NCBI GenBank assembly: GCA_028714535.1
Contig: JAQTME010000004.1
Coordinates: 7,319-71,318 of the forward strand
DNA: 64,000 nt
Source of the DNA: Candidatus Iainarchaeum sp.
GTDB taxonomy: Archaea; Micrarchaeota; Micrarchaeia; Anstonellales; Bilamarchaeaceae
Direction: 5' to 3'
In this document: positions 9,601 to 18,201 of the stretch, piece by piece
Position numbering within the stretch: position 1 is the stretch's first letter
How the letters are laid out: each line of letters begins with the position of its first letter
Notes under the pieces: generated by a model
Databases searched by the model: none
Seen by the model: only the letters and a program-made list of their open reading frames with translations
What the model was told of the DNA's origin: nothing
Position numbers and translations under genes: made by a program

Positions 9601-9950
9601 GCGATGGGTATTTATCGTCGTTGCCGCCTCCCCTTTCCATACACGCATTCCCAACGCGGTTTTACGAGGTAGATAACGTAAAATCATGGTAAGATATTGC
9701 AGCAGGGGCTTATAAATATTGCAGTTTTTAGCAAAACGTGGTTTGCCAGGCCATTGCAATCCGGGCCTGCAGGATTTTGGAAAAGGCGCCCCGTTTCACT
9801 GAACCTGAGCATTTACCACAAAAAGCATAGCATTATGAACTCCTGCCAGCCAATTACCGGTTCAGGCAGAAAAAAATTCAGGTTTTCTTTATCCTCCGCA
9901 GCGAGAAAGCAAAGAAGATAATCAAAATCGAATTTTTCAAAAAGGTGAAT

Positions 9951-11186
9951 ATGAGGATGAAATTCAAGGACTTGAGCATCAGCGCCAGGACAATCGCTGC
10001 GCTTGAAGAGATGGGCTATTCTGACGCCACAGAGGTCCAGGAGAAGACGATCCCCCTGATATTGCAGGGCGAGGACCTCATGGTCCGCAGCCAGACCGGC
10101 ACAGGCAAGACGGCCGCCTTCGGGGTCGGCCTGATAGACGTCATATCCAGGGACAGGGGCAGGAAGGCCCTCATACTCGCCCCCACGCGGGAGCTGGCCG
10201 CCCAGATAACCAGCGAGCTGCGTTCCATAGCGAAGCACCACCGCCTGGAGATATTCGCGGTATACGGTGGCACGGGCATGGGCAGGCAGACCGTGCTCCT
10301 CAGGCGCGGATTCGACATCCTCGTCGCGACGCCTGGCCGCCTGCTCGACCACCTGCAGCAGGGCAATGCGCGGCTGGAATCAGTGAACTGCGTCGTCCTT
10401 GACGAGGCAGACCGCATGCTCGACATGGGCTTCAAGCCGGACATAGACCGGATACTGGGGAGGATAGGCCGGGACAGGCAGGTGCTGCTTTTTTCCGCCA
10501 CGTTCGACCCGCCCATAGTCGCCATCGCCAACAGCTACCTTTCCTCGCCGCAGTCCATAGAGGTCGGCCCTGTGGGCAAGGTTGAGAAGATAGACGAGGA
10601 GTTCATACGGCTGAGCAGGGCGCAGAAGCTCGACAAGCTCAAGGAGATACTCAAGCGCGAGCCGATGTCACGGACGCTCGTCTTCGTCGGCTCCAAAAGG
10701 GCCGTGGAGGGCGTCTGCAAGAAGCTGAACGCGGACGGCATCGACGCCCAGTTCATCCACGGGGGCAGGAGCCAGAACCAAAGGGAGCGCGCGGTGCGCG
10801 GCTTCCAGGAGGGCTCATTCAGGATACTAGTCGCCACCGACGTCGCGGCGCGCGGCCTCCACATAGACGACATCTCCCACGTCATCAACTACGACCAGGC
10901 GGATTCCACAGACATGCACACGCACCGCATCGGCAGGACCGGCCGCATGGGCAAGGGCGGGAAGGCCATCACGTTCGTGGAGACCGACCCGCTGCCGAAA
11001 GTCCAGAGGGGCAGGTTCAACCGCGGCGGCTTCGGCCATCAGCAGGGCGGATACGGGCGGCCTTCGCATGAGGGCCACGCCCAGCACGGGCGCGATCACG
11101 AATCTTCCGGGCAGCACGGCGCGCATTCATCCTCGGGCTACAGGAACCGGCCGAGGGACCGCAGGCACCGCGAGCAGCGCCGTTAG
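9951..11186 (+). CDS. DEAD-box ATP-dependent RNA helicase with Gly/Arg/His-rich C-terminal tail
   Basis: Motifs GTGKT (Walker A), DEAD (VLDEADRML), SAT (FSAT), HRIGRTGR. ORF frame opens with GTG at 9945; first ATG at 9951 (alternatively 9957). Tail RGGFGHQQGGYGRPSHEGH...RDRRHREQRR. Confidence 0.85.
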   Translation: MRMKFKDLSISARTIAALEEMGYSDATEVQEKTIPLILQGEDLMVRSQTGTGKTAAFGVGLIDVISRDRGRKALILAPTRELAAQITSELRSIAKHHRLEIFAVYGGTGMGRQTVLLRRGFDILVATPGRLLDHLQQGNARLESVNCVVLDEADRMLDMGFKPDIDRILGRIGRDRQVLLFSATFDPPIVAIANSYLSSPQSIEVGPVGKVEKIDEEFIRLSRAQKLDKLKEILKREPMSRTLVFVGSKRAVEGVCKKLNADGIDAQFIHGGRSQNQRERAVRGFQEGSFRILVATDVAARGLHIDDISHVINYDQADSTDMHTHRIGRTGRMGKGGKAITFVETDPLPKVQRGRFNRGGFGHQQGGYGRPSHEGHAQHGRDHESSGQHGAHSSSGYRNRPRDRRHREQRR

Positions 11187-12232
11187 GCCGCCCACAGGAA
11201 TCTTCCGGCCAACAGGCCGGCTATGACTGTAAATGCGAATATCAGCAGGACGTACACGAGCGTTTCCCTGTTGCCCATTATCTTCCTGACGACGAGGATG
11301 CTCGGAAGGGAGATGACCGGGTCGGCAAGCATGTATGCAAGGAGCGGGCCCTTCGCCATGCCCAAATCCAGGAACATCCTCGCCATGGGGACCTCCACGA
11401 GCGTTGGGAAGTATACGAATATGCCGAACAGGACCGGAATCACCACGGCCAGCAGGGAGTTGTCCCCGACATACGCAGGAATCAGGTCCGGCGGCATGAC
11501 CGCGCGTATCATCCCTGATGCAAAAACGCCGATGATGAGCAGCGGGGCGATGGTCCTGGCAAATCCCCATGTCTCATACATCCAGCTGCTTACTTCTTCC
11601 TTTGTGAACTGGCGGGACGAAATCCACCAGGTAAGAACTATCAGTCCTATCACTAGGGGATATTTTACCGAATCCTCGCTGATTCTCGTGCCGACCAGCA
11701 GGATGCCGATGAGGGCGCCGAAGAGGTAGATTAATCTCCTGGTATCAGCGCCATCAGCGTGTTTCATGAACGCATCCGTCTCTGCCTTCTTCTCATCATG
11801 GTCGGTCATTTTCGAGATTATGAAGCCTATGATGACAGCGAAAGCTATGGAGAAGATTATCCTCGCAAGGGCGAAATCCCATCCTATGAGGCTGCCCGTG
11901 TAGAGGATGGCCATGATGTTCGTGGCCGGGGCCGTGTAAAGGAAGGCGATGGCAGGGCCGATGCCCGCCCCGCCTTTCCGTATGCCGGCGAAAAGGGGCA
12001 GGACGGTGCAGGAACAGACGGCCAGGAGGAGCCCGGCAACGACCGCGATGGGATAGGCGACGTGCTTCGGCGACTCCTTCCCGAGGTAGGGGAGGAGCAT
12101 GGCCTTTGGAATCAGGGCTGACATGGCGCCAGCGATGAAAAAAGCAGGCACAAGGCAGAACAGCGTATGCGCCAATACGTAGTCGTATATGGCCGCAAGG
12201 CCGGCCAGAAGCAAAACCGAAACGTCCATCAT
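11183..12232 (-). CDS. Multi-pass membrane permease of the DUF318/COG0701 type, commonly paired with ArsR and a thioredoxin-like protein
   Basis: About 10 predicted TM helices. Operonic with the two genes below on the same strand with 1-4 nt overlaps/gaps. Confidence 0.6.
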   Translation of the reverse strand: MMDVSVLLLAGLAAIYDYVLAHTLFCLVPAFFIAGAMSALIPKAMLLPYLGKESPKHVAYPIAVVAGLLLAVCSCTVLPLFAGIRKGGAGIGPAIAFLYTAPATNIMAILYTGSLIGWDFALARIIFSIAFAVIIGFIISKMTDHDEKKAETDAFMKHADGADTRRLIYLFGALIGILLVGTRISEDSVKYPLVIGLIVLTWWISSRQFTKEEVSSWMYETWGFARTIAPLLIIGVFASGMIRAVMPPDLIPAYVGDNSLLAVVIPVLFGIFVYFPTLVEVPMARMFLDLGMAKGPLLAYMLADPVISLPSILVVRKIMGNRETLVYVLLIFAFTVIAGLLAGRFLWAA

Positions 12233-12471
12233 ACCGCCTTGCTTCTGATGAGGCTGACGAGGTACTCCATGGTCGGGAGCATCCCGCTTAGGATCACTTT
12301 CCCGTCAAGTATGAGCGCAGGCGTGGAAACGATGCCCATCTCTATCAGGCGGCTGACGTCGTATGTGTGCTCCACTTCCGCCTTGAGGCCAAGCATCGAT
12401 ATGGCCTCCCTGACCCGTTTTTCCAGTTCGTTGCATTTGCGGCATCCGTTGCCTACGACTTCGAATTTCAT
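12229..12471 (-). CDS. Thioredoxin-fold redox-active disulfide protein (CxxC), 80 aa
   Basis: MKFEVVGNGCRKCNELEKRV... with GCRKC active-site-like motif. The ORF track extends further upstream, but the MKFEV start gives the canonical small thioredoxin-like size. Confidence 0.6.
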   Translation of the reverse strand: MKFEVVGNGCRKCNELEKRVREAISMLGLKAEVEHTYDVSRLIEMGIVSTPALILDGKVILSGMLPTMEYLVSLIRSKAV

Positions 12472-12472
12472 G

Positions 12473-12721
12473 TTACCACGTGCTTGCCTGGGCGAACGCC
12501 TTTTTTCCCAACGGCGAGAGCGAGTACAGGCGTTTCGCCCCGTCCTTGCGCATGCCCACAAGGCCTGCCCGGTGGAGGATTTTGAGATGCGACGAAACGG
12601 TCGGCTGCGTCTTCCTCACCAAACCGGGCAGGACACAGGCGCACAGCTCGCGCCTGCCGAGGGCCCTCATGAGGGAAACCCTCGTCCGGTCAGCAAGCGC
12701 CTTCAAAATATCGACGTTCAT
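12473..12721 (-). CDS. ArsR/SmtB-family HTH transcriptional regulator
   Basis: LADRTRVSLMRAL...ELCACVL...QPTVSSHLKILHRAGLV: wHTH with metal-sensing Cys pair. Confidence 0.75.
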   Translation of the reverse strand: MNVDILKALADRTRVSLMRALGRRELCACVLPGLVRKTQPTVSSHLKILHRAGLVGMRKDGAKRLYSLSPLGKKAFAQASTW

Positions 12722-12819
12722 AAATATTTATCTGCATCTATATATTTAATCCTTGCCATCTCCTGCGACAATTCCAAAAAGACAAGGAGCTTGCATTTTT
12801 TCGCGCAGCGAAAAAATTA

Positions 12820-12913
12820 GCAAGAAAATGCAGAGGAAGAGATTCGAACTCTCGAACGGACTAACCGACCAGGCCCTGAACCTGGCGCCTTTGACCACTC
12901 GGCAACCTCTGCG
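12820..12913 (-). tRNA. tRNA-Leu(CAG), class II with long variable arm
   Basis: Minus strand GCAGAGG-TT-GCC..GGC-G-CCAGG-TTCAGGG-CCTGG-variable arm-GAGAG-TTCGAAT-CTCTT-CCTCTGC-A. Acceptor halves perfectly complementary. Followed by T-run plus hairpin (TTTTTTCGC-GCA-GCGAAAAAA) as terminator. Confidence 0.85.
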
Positions 12914-13035
12914 AACGAACGTGAGCTGAGGTTTGACGGTCGGAATGCCGACCGGCTACACCTCTGCATGAAAATTTCCTGCAGTTTGACTAGGATAAAT
13001 TTTCAATCAAACTTCATGAGGTAGTTCTTAAATTA

Positions 13036-14325
13036 CTATTCCTCGAGTTTCCCGAATTCTATCGGCTGCCTGGTGAAGACGCTGGTGCCCGAGGGCACGT
13101 TGCGGTTCACGACGACGCCTGAATGGACCTGGCAGTCCGCGCCGATGCTCTTGCCGGGCATGGTGCAGGACAGCACGCCGAATTTCGTGTTGTCTCCGAC
13201 GAACACACCGAGCTTCTTCCTGCCGGAGTTCACCCAGCCCTTCTCGGTCATCACGAGCACGTTGTTGCCGTCGAACCTGTAGTTAGCGACCTGGGTCCCA
13301 GCGCCGAAATTCACCCCTTCCCCGATCACGCTGTCGCCGATGTACGAAAGGTGCTTCGCGTTGACATGGCCGAGCAGTATGCTGCTTTTTACCGTCGTCC
13401 CGCTCCCTATGGAGCAGTTCCTGCCTATGGAGTTGAAGCCGCGGAGGTAGGCGTTCGGGCCGATGACCGTGCCTGCGCCGATGTACGCGCACCCCTCCAC
13501 GTAGCTGTTGATTATCTTCGCGCCGTCCTCCATGATGACCTTGCCGTTTATCGTGGAGTTCTCTATGTCGCCTTCGGCGGTCCGAAGGCGAGCATGCTCG
13601 CGGTCCGCGGACCGCGACATCACTCCTGTGCGCGCCTCCATGGTGGAGAGCACGTGCTCGTTGGCCTCGAGCAGGTCCCAGGGGTATGCGATGTCGCGCC
13701 AATACCCGTCGACAACGACGCCCTTGGCGCCAGTGAAAAGGCTGACCAGCTCGTACTCGCCCCGTTCCGATTTGCCGAGCGACTTCAGTTCGCCGAAAAT
13801 GGTCGGCTCCATGCAATAGACCGAGAGGTTGGCCAGGTCGCTCTTCGGGTGCTTGGGCTTCTCCTCGAAAAGGCTCACTTTCCCGCCCGACAGCTCCACC
13901 ACCCCGTATTCGTGCGGGTTGGCGACCTTCTTCAATGCGAGCGTGATGCCGCCGCCGTGCGCGGCGATGACCTTCTTTATGACGGACGAGTCGGTCACGA
14001 TGTCGCCTGCGAGAGCCACGAACGTGTCGCCTATCTCGTCCCTGGCCGCGAGCAGCGCCGCGCCGGTGCCGTTCTCGGCCCCCTGTTCCACGAACTTCAG
14101 CTTCACGCCCACGTAGTTTTTTGAGAAATATTCTATCATCTTCTCCTTCATGTGGCGGACCACTATCACAGCGTCGGTGATGCCCGCCTTCCTGGCCTCG
14201 TCGAGCAGGTGGTGCAGTATGGGCCGGCCTGCCACCGGGAGCATCGCCTTCGGCCTCGTCTCGGTCAGCGGCCTGAGCCGCTTGCCCTCGCCGGCCGCCA
14301 ATATCACCGCTTTCATGACCATCAT
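13036..14325 (-). CDS. Bifunctional sugar-1-phosphate nucleotidyltransferase / left-handed beta-helix acetyltransferase (GlmU-like)
   Basis: N-terminal nucleotidyltransferase motif AVILAAGEGKRLRPLT. C-terminal hexapeptide-repeat region (IGxxxxIG repeats). Confidence 0.8.
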   Translation of the reverse strand: MMVMKAVILAAGEGKRLRPLTETRPKAMLPVAGRPILHHLLDEARKAGITDAVIVVRHMKEKMIEYFSKNYVGVKLKFVEQGAENGTGAALLAARDEIGDTFVALAGDIVTDSSVIKKVIAAHGGGITLALKKVANPHEYGVVELSGGKVSLFEEKPKHPKSDLANLSVYCMEPTIFGELKSLGKSERGEYELVSLFTGAKGVVVDGYWRDIAYPWDLLEANEHVLSTMEARTGVMSRSADREHARLRTAEGDIENSTINGKVIMEDGAKIINSYVEGCAYIGAGTVIGPNAYLRGFNSIGRNCSIGSGTTVKSSILLGHVNAKHLSYIGDSVIGEGVNFGAGTQVANYRFDGNNVLVMTEKGWVNSGRKKLGVFVGDNTKFGVLSCTMPGKSIGADCQVHSGVVVNRNVPSGTSVFTRQPIEFGKLEE

Positions 14326-14566
14326 TCCCAGCCGACGTTTTTAAAATAATGCCAGTTCAACCGGTTAAAGAGCATAATGTTTTATAAATTATAACATACA
14401 TATATTACCACTATGCTCTACACGAAAACATTGGCGCACCGGAATGGCGCCGCCGAAAGGCCGCAAATCAGGAAGAAACTCTGCTATCTGAACGCCGCCG
14501 CGCCCGCTTCGCCTGAGCGTAAGCCCCGAGGCTAAGATTTTTTAACAAGCCCGTCTACTATATTAT

Positions 14567-15607
14567 ATGCTTGACAAGAAAAAGATAGACGGCTTATTAT
14601 CTGATTACAAAGGATTCAGGATAGCGACCATCTGCTCCCACTCCTCGCTCCAGATATTCAGGGGCGCGCGCGAGGAGGGCATAAAGACCATCGGCATCGT
14701 CCAGAAGGACAAGCGCAAGCTGTACGAGTCGTTCCCCCGCGGCTGCCCGGACGAATTCCTGGAAGTCGACAGCTATGCAGACGTCCCGTGGAAGGAGCTC
14801 GCCGCGAGGAACGCGATAATAATCCCGCACGGCTCGTTCGTGGAATACGTCGGAGAGGAGTTCGACGACCTGCCCCTCCCGGTCTATGGCAACCGCAGGA
14901 GCATAAGCTGGGAACGGGAAAGGGACAAGATGCTCTCCTGGATAAGGAAGGCAGGCATAAAGACCCCGAAGATATACACTCCGGACAAGATAGACAGCCC
15001 GGTGATGGTGAAATTCCCAGGGGCCAAGGGCGGTCGCGGCTACCTCATCGTCCGCTCAGAGGAGGAGTTCAGGCAGAAGGTCAAGAATCAGGAATGCGTC
15101 ATACAGGAGTTCATCATAGGCGTGCGCGCCTACCCGCACTATTTCTTCAGCCCCTTCAGGGACAAGGGATATGCGACGAAGCACGGCGAGCTGCAGCTCC
15201 TGGGCGTGGACCGGCGCGTGGAGAGCAGCGCCGACGAGATAGCCCGCGCGGTGTCCATAGGCATGAAGCCGCGCATGGCGTTCACCGTCATAGGCAACGA
15301 GCCCATGGTGCTCCGCGAGTCGCTCCTCTACGAGTACATGGAGATCGGCAGGAAGATAAGCGAGACCTCGTTCGACCTTTTCGGCGGCCTGACCGGGCCG
15401 TTCTGCGTGGAGACCATAATCACAGAGGAGCTCGAGATATACGCCTTCGAGGTCAGCGCGCGCATAGTCGCGGGCACCAACCTGTACCCGGACGGCTCGC
15501 CCTATTCCGTATATTACTATAACGAGCCAATGAGCACGGGCCGCAGGATAGCGCGCGAGCTCAAGCACGCCGCCAAGCTGGGCAAGCTCAAGGAGATCGT
15601 GTATTGA
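14567..15607 (+). CDS. purP: 5-formaminoimidazole-4-carboxamide ribonucleotide synthetase (archaeal PurP)
   Basis: N-terminal IATICSHSSLQI signature and ATP-grasp-like body. TATA-like TTTTTTAAC about 25 nt upstream of ATG (leaderless). Confidence 0.75.
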   Translation: MLDKKKIDGLLSDYKGFRIATICSHSSLQIFRGAREEGIKTIGIVQKDKRKLYESFPRGCPDEFLEVDSYADVPWKELAARNAIIIPHGSFVEYVGEEFDDLPLPVYGNRRSISWERERDKMLSWIRKAGIKTPKIYTPDKIDSPVMVKFPGAKGGRGYLIVRSEEEFRQKVKNQECVIQEFIIGVRAYPHYFFSPFRDKGYATKHGELQLLGVDRRVESSADEIARAVSIGMKPRMAFTVIGNEPMVLRESLLYEYMEIGRKISETSFDLFGGLTGPFCVETIITEELEIYAFEVSARIVAGTNLYPDGSPYSVYYYNEPMSTGRRIARELKHAAKLGKLKEIVY

Positions 15608-15608
15608 C

Positions 15609-16301
15609 ATGGAAAAGGACCATGTGCCGAAGCATATCGCAATAATACCTGACGGCAACCGCCGTTGGGCGAGGAAGAAGGGCATCAGCAGGCAGGAGGG
15701 CTACGCCATAGGCATCCGGAAGATAGGCGACGTGCTGAAATGGTGCAAGGCTAACGGCGTCCACATGCTCACCATGTGGGGCTTCTCCATGGACAACTTC
15801 AAGCGCGACCCAAAGGAGATAGAAGGGCTGTTCGGGCTCTTCAAGGAGAACCTGAAGAAGGCGATAGAGAGCGACGACCGTAACAAGGACGAGCTGCGCG
15901 TGCGCTTCTTCGGCAGGCTGCACATGTTCCCGAGGGAAATACAGCAGATGATACGCAAGGCCGAGGAGGTCAGCGGGAAGAACCAGAAATACCAGCTCAA
16001 CCTCCTGCTCTCCTACGGCGGCAGGGAAGAAATCGTGGACGCGGTCAACCACCTGATAGCCGAGGGCAGGACCGAGGTGGACGAGGACGCCATAAGCCGC
16101 CACCTCTATACGCACGGTCTCCCCGACCCGGACCTGATAATACGGACGTCGGGCGAGCAGAGGCTCTCGGGCATGATGCCGTGGCAGTCATGCTACAGCG
16201 AGTTCTATTTCTGCAAAAAGCTCTGGCCAGACTTCTCGAAAAATGATTTCGACGCCGCGCTGAAGGAATACGCAAGGCGCAGGAGGCGCTTCGGGAAATG
16301 A
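15609..16301 (+). CDS. uppS: cis-prenyltransferase (undecaprenyl/dolichyl diphosphate synthase, UppS family)
   Basis: HIAIIPDGNRRWA motif. Start 1 nt after the purP stop. Confidence 0.85.
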   Translation: MEKDHVPKHIAIIPDGNRRWARKKGISRQEGYAIGIRKIGDVLKWCKANGVHMLTMWGFSMDNFKRDPKEIEGLFGLFKENLKKAIESDDRNKDELRVRFFGRLHMFPREIQQMIRKAEEVSGKNQKYQLNLLLSYGGREEIVDAVNHLIAEGRTEVDEDAISRHLYTHGLPDPDLIIRTSGEQRLSGMMPWQSCYSEFYFCKKLWPDFSKNDFDAALKEYARRRRRFGK

Positions 16302-16894
16302 AAAAGGCGGTTTCGGCAGCAATCCTCGCAGGCGCGCTGCTGCTTGTGCTGCTGCTCGTGGCATTCTTCTGGCCGAAGGCGGGCAGCCGGTGGGATGACG
16401 GCTTCACCGCGTCAATGGCAGGCAAGTCCTATTACGAAAATTTCGACTGCACCTGCATCGGCTTCGCCGCGCCGCAGATGAACTGCCTGTCCTGCACGCA
16501 ATACACGGATTGCTACGGAATCCCGGTGTCGTGCACGTCGGCATGCAGAAAAGAGATAAACGGGACATGGGAGGACGTCTCCTGCAGCGCCGGCACCGCT
16601 TACCCGAGGGGCAAGGAATCGTGCGAGGCGCAGGGAGGGCGCTGGGGGCCCATAGGGCTCTCCCCGGAGCCCGTGTGCGTCATGCCGACGAAGGACGCAG
16701 GCAAACTATGCTGGGACTCCAGCCAGTGCGAGGGCGCCTGCGTGGCTGACCTGGCGCAATGGCAGTATGACCTGCTGGTGAAGGCCCACACGCCCATACT
16801 GACGGCCGGCACCTGCACGGCGTCCAACGCCGGCGTGGGCTGCAACGCCTACGTGGAAAACGGAGTGGTCAACGGCATCCTCTGCGTCGACTGA
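16298..16894 (+). CDS. Membrane-anchored, extracellular Cys-rich protein (about 20 Cys), hypothetical
   Basis: N-terminal TM anchor AAILAGALLLVLLLVAFFW. Start overlaps the uppS stop (ATGA). Confidence 0.55.
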   Translation: MKKAVSAAILAGALLLVLLLVAFFWPKAGSRWDDGFTASMAGKSYYENFDCTCIGFAAPQMNCLSCTQYTDCYGIPVSCTSACRKEINGTWEDVSCSAGTAYPRGKESCEAQGGRWGPIGLSPEPVCVMPTKDAGKLCWDSSQCEGACVADLAQWQYDLLVKAHTPILTAGTCTASNAGVGCNAYVENGVVNGILCVD

Positions 16895-17034
16895 TGGCGA
16901 AGGCGCCGGGCGCAGAAGGCGCTTCGGCAAATGATTGCGGCGAAGGGCGCAACGCCTGCCTAACCTTTTAAACCTCGTCGCGTAAAAAGAATATCCCTTC
17001 GTCCGAGTGGTCGAAGTTTGTTACGGGGTTATCA

Positions 17035-17121
17035 ATTTGGCCTTCGGCCAAATCTAACCCCTGTGTTCATGGGGTTATGCGCTTGGCCTTTTCGGTCAAG
17101 TTCAACCCCATTCGCTACGCT
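17035..17121 (+). repeat. Two tandem hairpins, each beginning with GGGGTTAT (copy of the tRNA-Trp 5' octamer), directly upstream of tRNA-Trp
   Basis: GGGGTTA..ATTTGGCC-TTC-GGCCAAAT..TAACCCC and ATGGGGTT...AACCCCAT. Units about 45 nt apart. Confidence 0.7.
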
Positions 17122-17124
17122 CAT

Positions 17125-17255
17125 GGGGTTATGGCGTAATGTTGCAATGTCAACGCGCAGCCTGGTAGCGCGGCAGTCTCCAGATCTCTCCCGGCACGCG
17201 CCGGGAATTGTAGCCGCGAAAACTGCATGTCGGAGTTCAAATCTCCGTGACCCCA
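17125..17255 (+). tRNA. tRNA-Trp(CCA) with canonical anticodon-loop intron (~37 nt) and an apparent additional 21-nt insert between positions 9 and 10
   Basis: GGGGTTA-TG-[gcgtaatgttgcaatgtcaac]-GCGC-AGCCTGGTA-GCGC-G-GCAGT-CTCCAG[intron]A-ACTGC-ATGT-CGGAG-TTCAAAT-CTCCG-TGACCCC-A. All stems pair. Exon total is 73 nt. Confidence 0.7.
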
Positions 17256-17322
17256 ATTTGTTTTGCTAATTTTCGCTTGCGCGAAAATCGCAAAACCACT
17301 ATAAATAGGCAAAAGAAAAAAC

Positions 17323-18183
17323 GTGATTGACATGAAAAACTGGATTGTGCTCATACTGGCGACATTGCTGCTGTTCGGATGCGTAAACCCGCCGCAGCCG
17401 CCTGCGAACGTGACGGGCCCGCCGCCGGTCATGAATAACGCCACCCCCGCAGCCAATGCCACGCTTAAGCCGATCCCCGCAGACTCCAGCGTGGACGTCG
17501 GCGACACGGTCTGGGCCGACTACACGCTGCGCGTGGACGGCAAGGTCACAGACACGAGCAACGCCACGCTGGCGAACGAGTCGGGCATATACAGCAGGAT
17601 GCGCGCCTACGAGCCGTTCGAGTTCGAGGTCCAGTTCAACAAGGGCCTCATAGACGGCTTCATCATCGGCGTCATAGGTATGAGGGTGAACGAGACGCAG
17701 ACCTTCTACGTCGACCCTGCAAGGGGCTACGGCCCGTACGACCCGGCAAAGGTCATCAAGGTGCAGCGCTACTATAATACGAGCCTCTACGAAACGATTC
17801 CGGCCTCCTACTTCATCCAGCAGGGAATCACCAACCTCACCACCGGGACGACATTCTCCACCTCCAGCGGCATCATGACCTCGGTGTTCAACATCAGCGG
17901 GGACAACGTCACGCTTTTCTACATCCTGCAGAAGGGGCAGAAGGTGAGCTATGCCGGCGTGCCGGCGACGGTGCTGTCGGTACACAACTATACCGCGGTG
18001 CTTGAATACGACCTCCAGGAAAACATGACCTACTCGCTCCCGAACCCAAGCACCGGCGTGCCGACCCGCTACACGGTCATCGGCAAGGACAACGACTCCA
18101 TAACCCTGGACGGCAACCACCAGCTGGCCAACAAGACGCTCGAATTCACGGTTACGGTCGTGAGGGCCGAGCGCCCATCGTGA
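17323..18183 (+). CDS. Secreted lipoprotein with FKBP-type peptidyl-prolyl cis-trans isomerase domain
   Basis: Signal plus lipobox-like LLFGC. FKBP core GDTVWADYTLRVDGKV...FEFEVQFNKGLIDGFIIGVIGMRVNETQTFYVDPARGYG. Confidence 0.7.
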   Translation: MIDMKNWIVLILATLLLFGCVNPPQPPANVTGPPPVMNNATPAANATLKPIPADSSVDVGDTVWADYTLRVDGKVTDTSNATLANESGIYSRMRAYEPFEFEVQFNKGLIDGFIIGVIGMRVNETQTFYVDPARGYGPYDPAKVIKVQRYYNTSLYETIPASYFIQQGITNLTTGTTFSTSSGIMTSVFNISGDNVTLFYILQKGQKVSYAGVPATVLSVHNYTAVLEYDLQENMTYSLPNPSTGVPTRYTVIGKDNDSITLDGNHQLANKTLEFTVTVVRAERPS

Positions 18184-18201
18184 CCTGGAACGGTTTTTGA
18201 C

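Noticed and set aside
12229-12561. N-terminal 30-aa extension of the thioredoxin-like ORF; likewise upstream extensions of HPRT (to 35492), FolD (to 48834), GGR (to 56385), UPF0147 (from 37415) and pilin copy 1 (from 30903)
   Set aside because: Extensions are Arg-rich and non-homologous and overlap neighbouring genes. Internal Met starts give family-typical N-termini and match promoter spacing.
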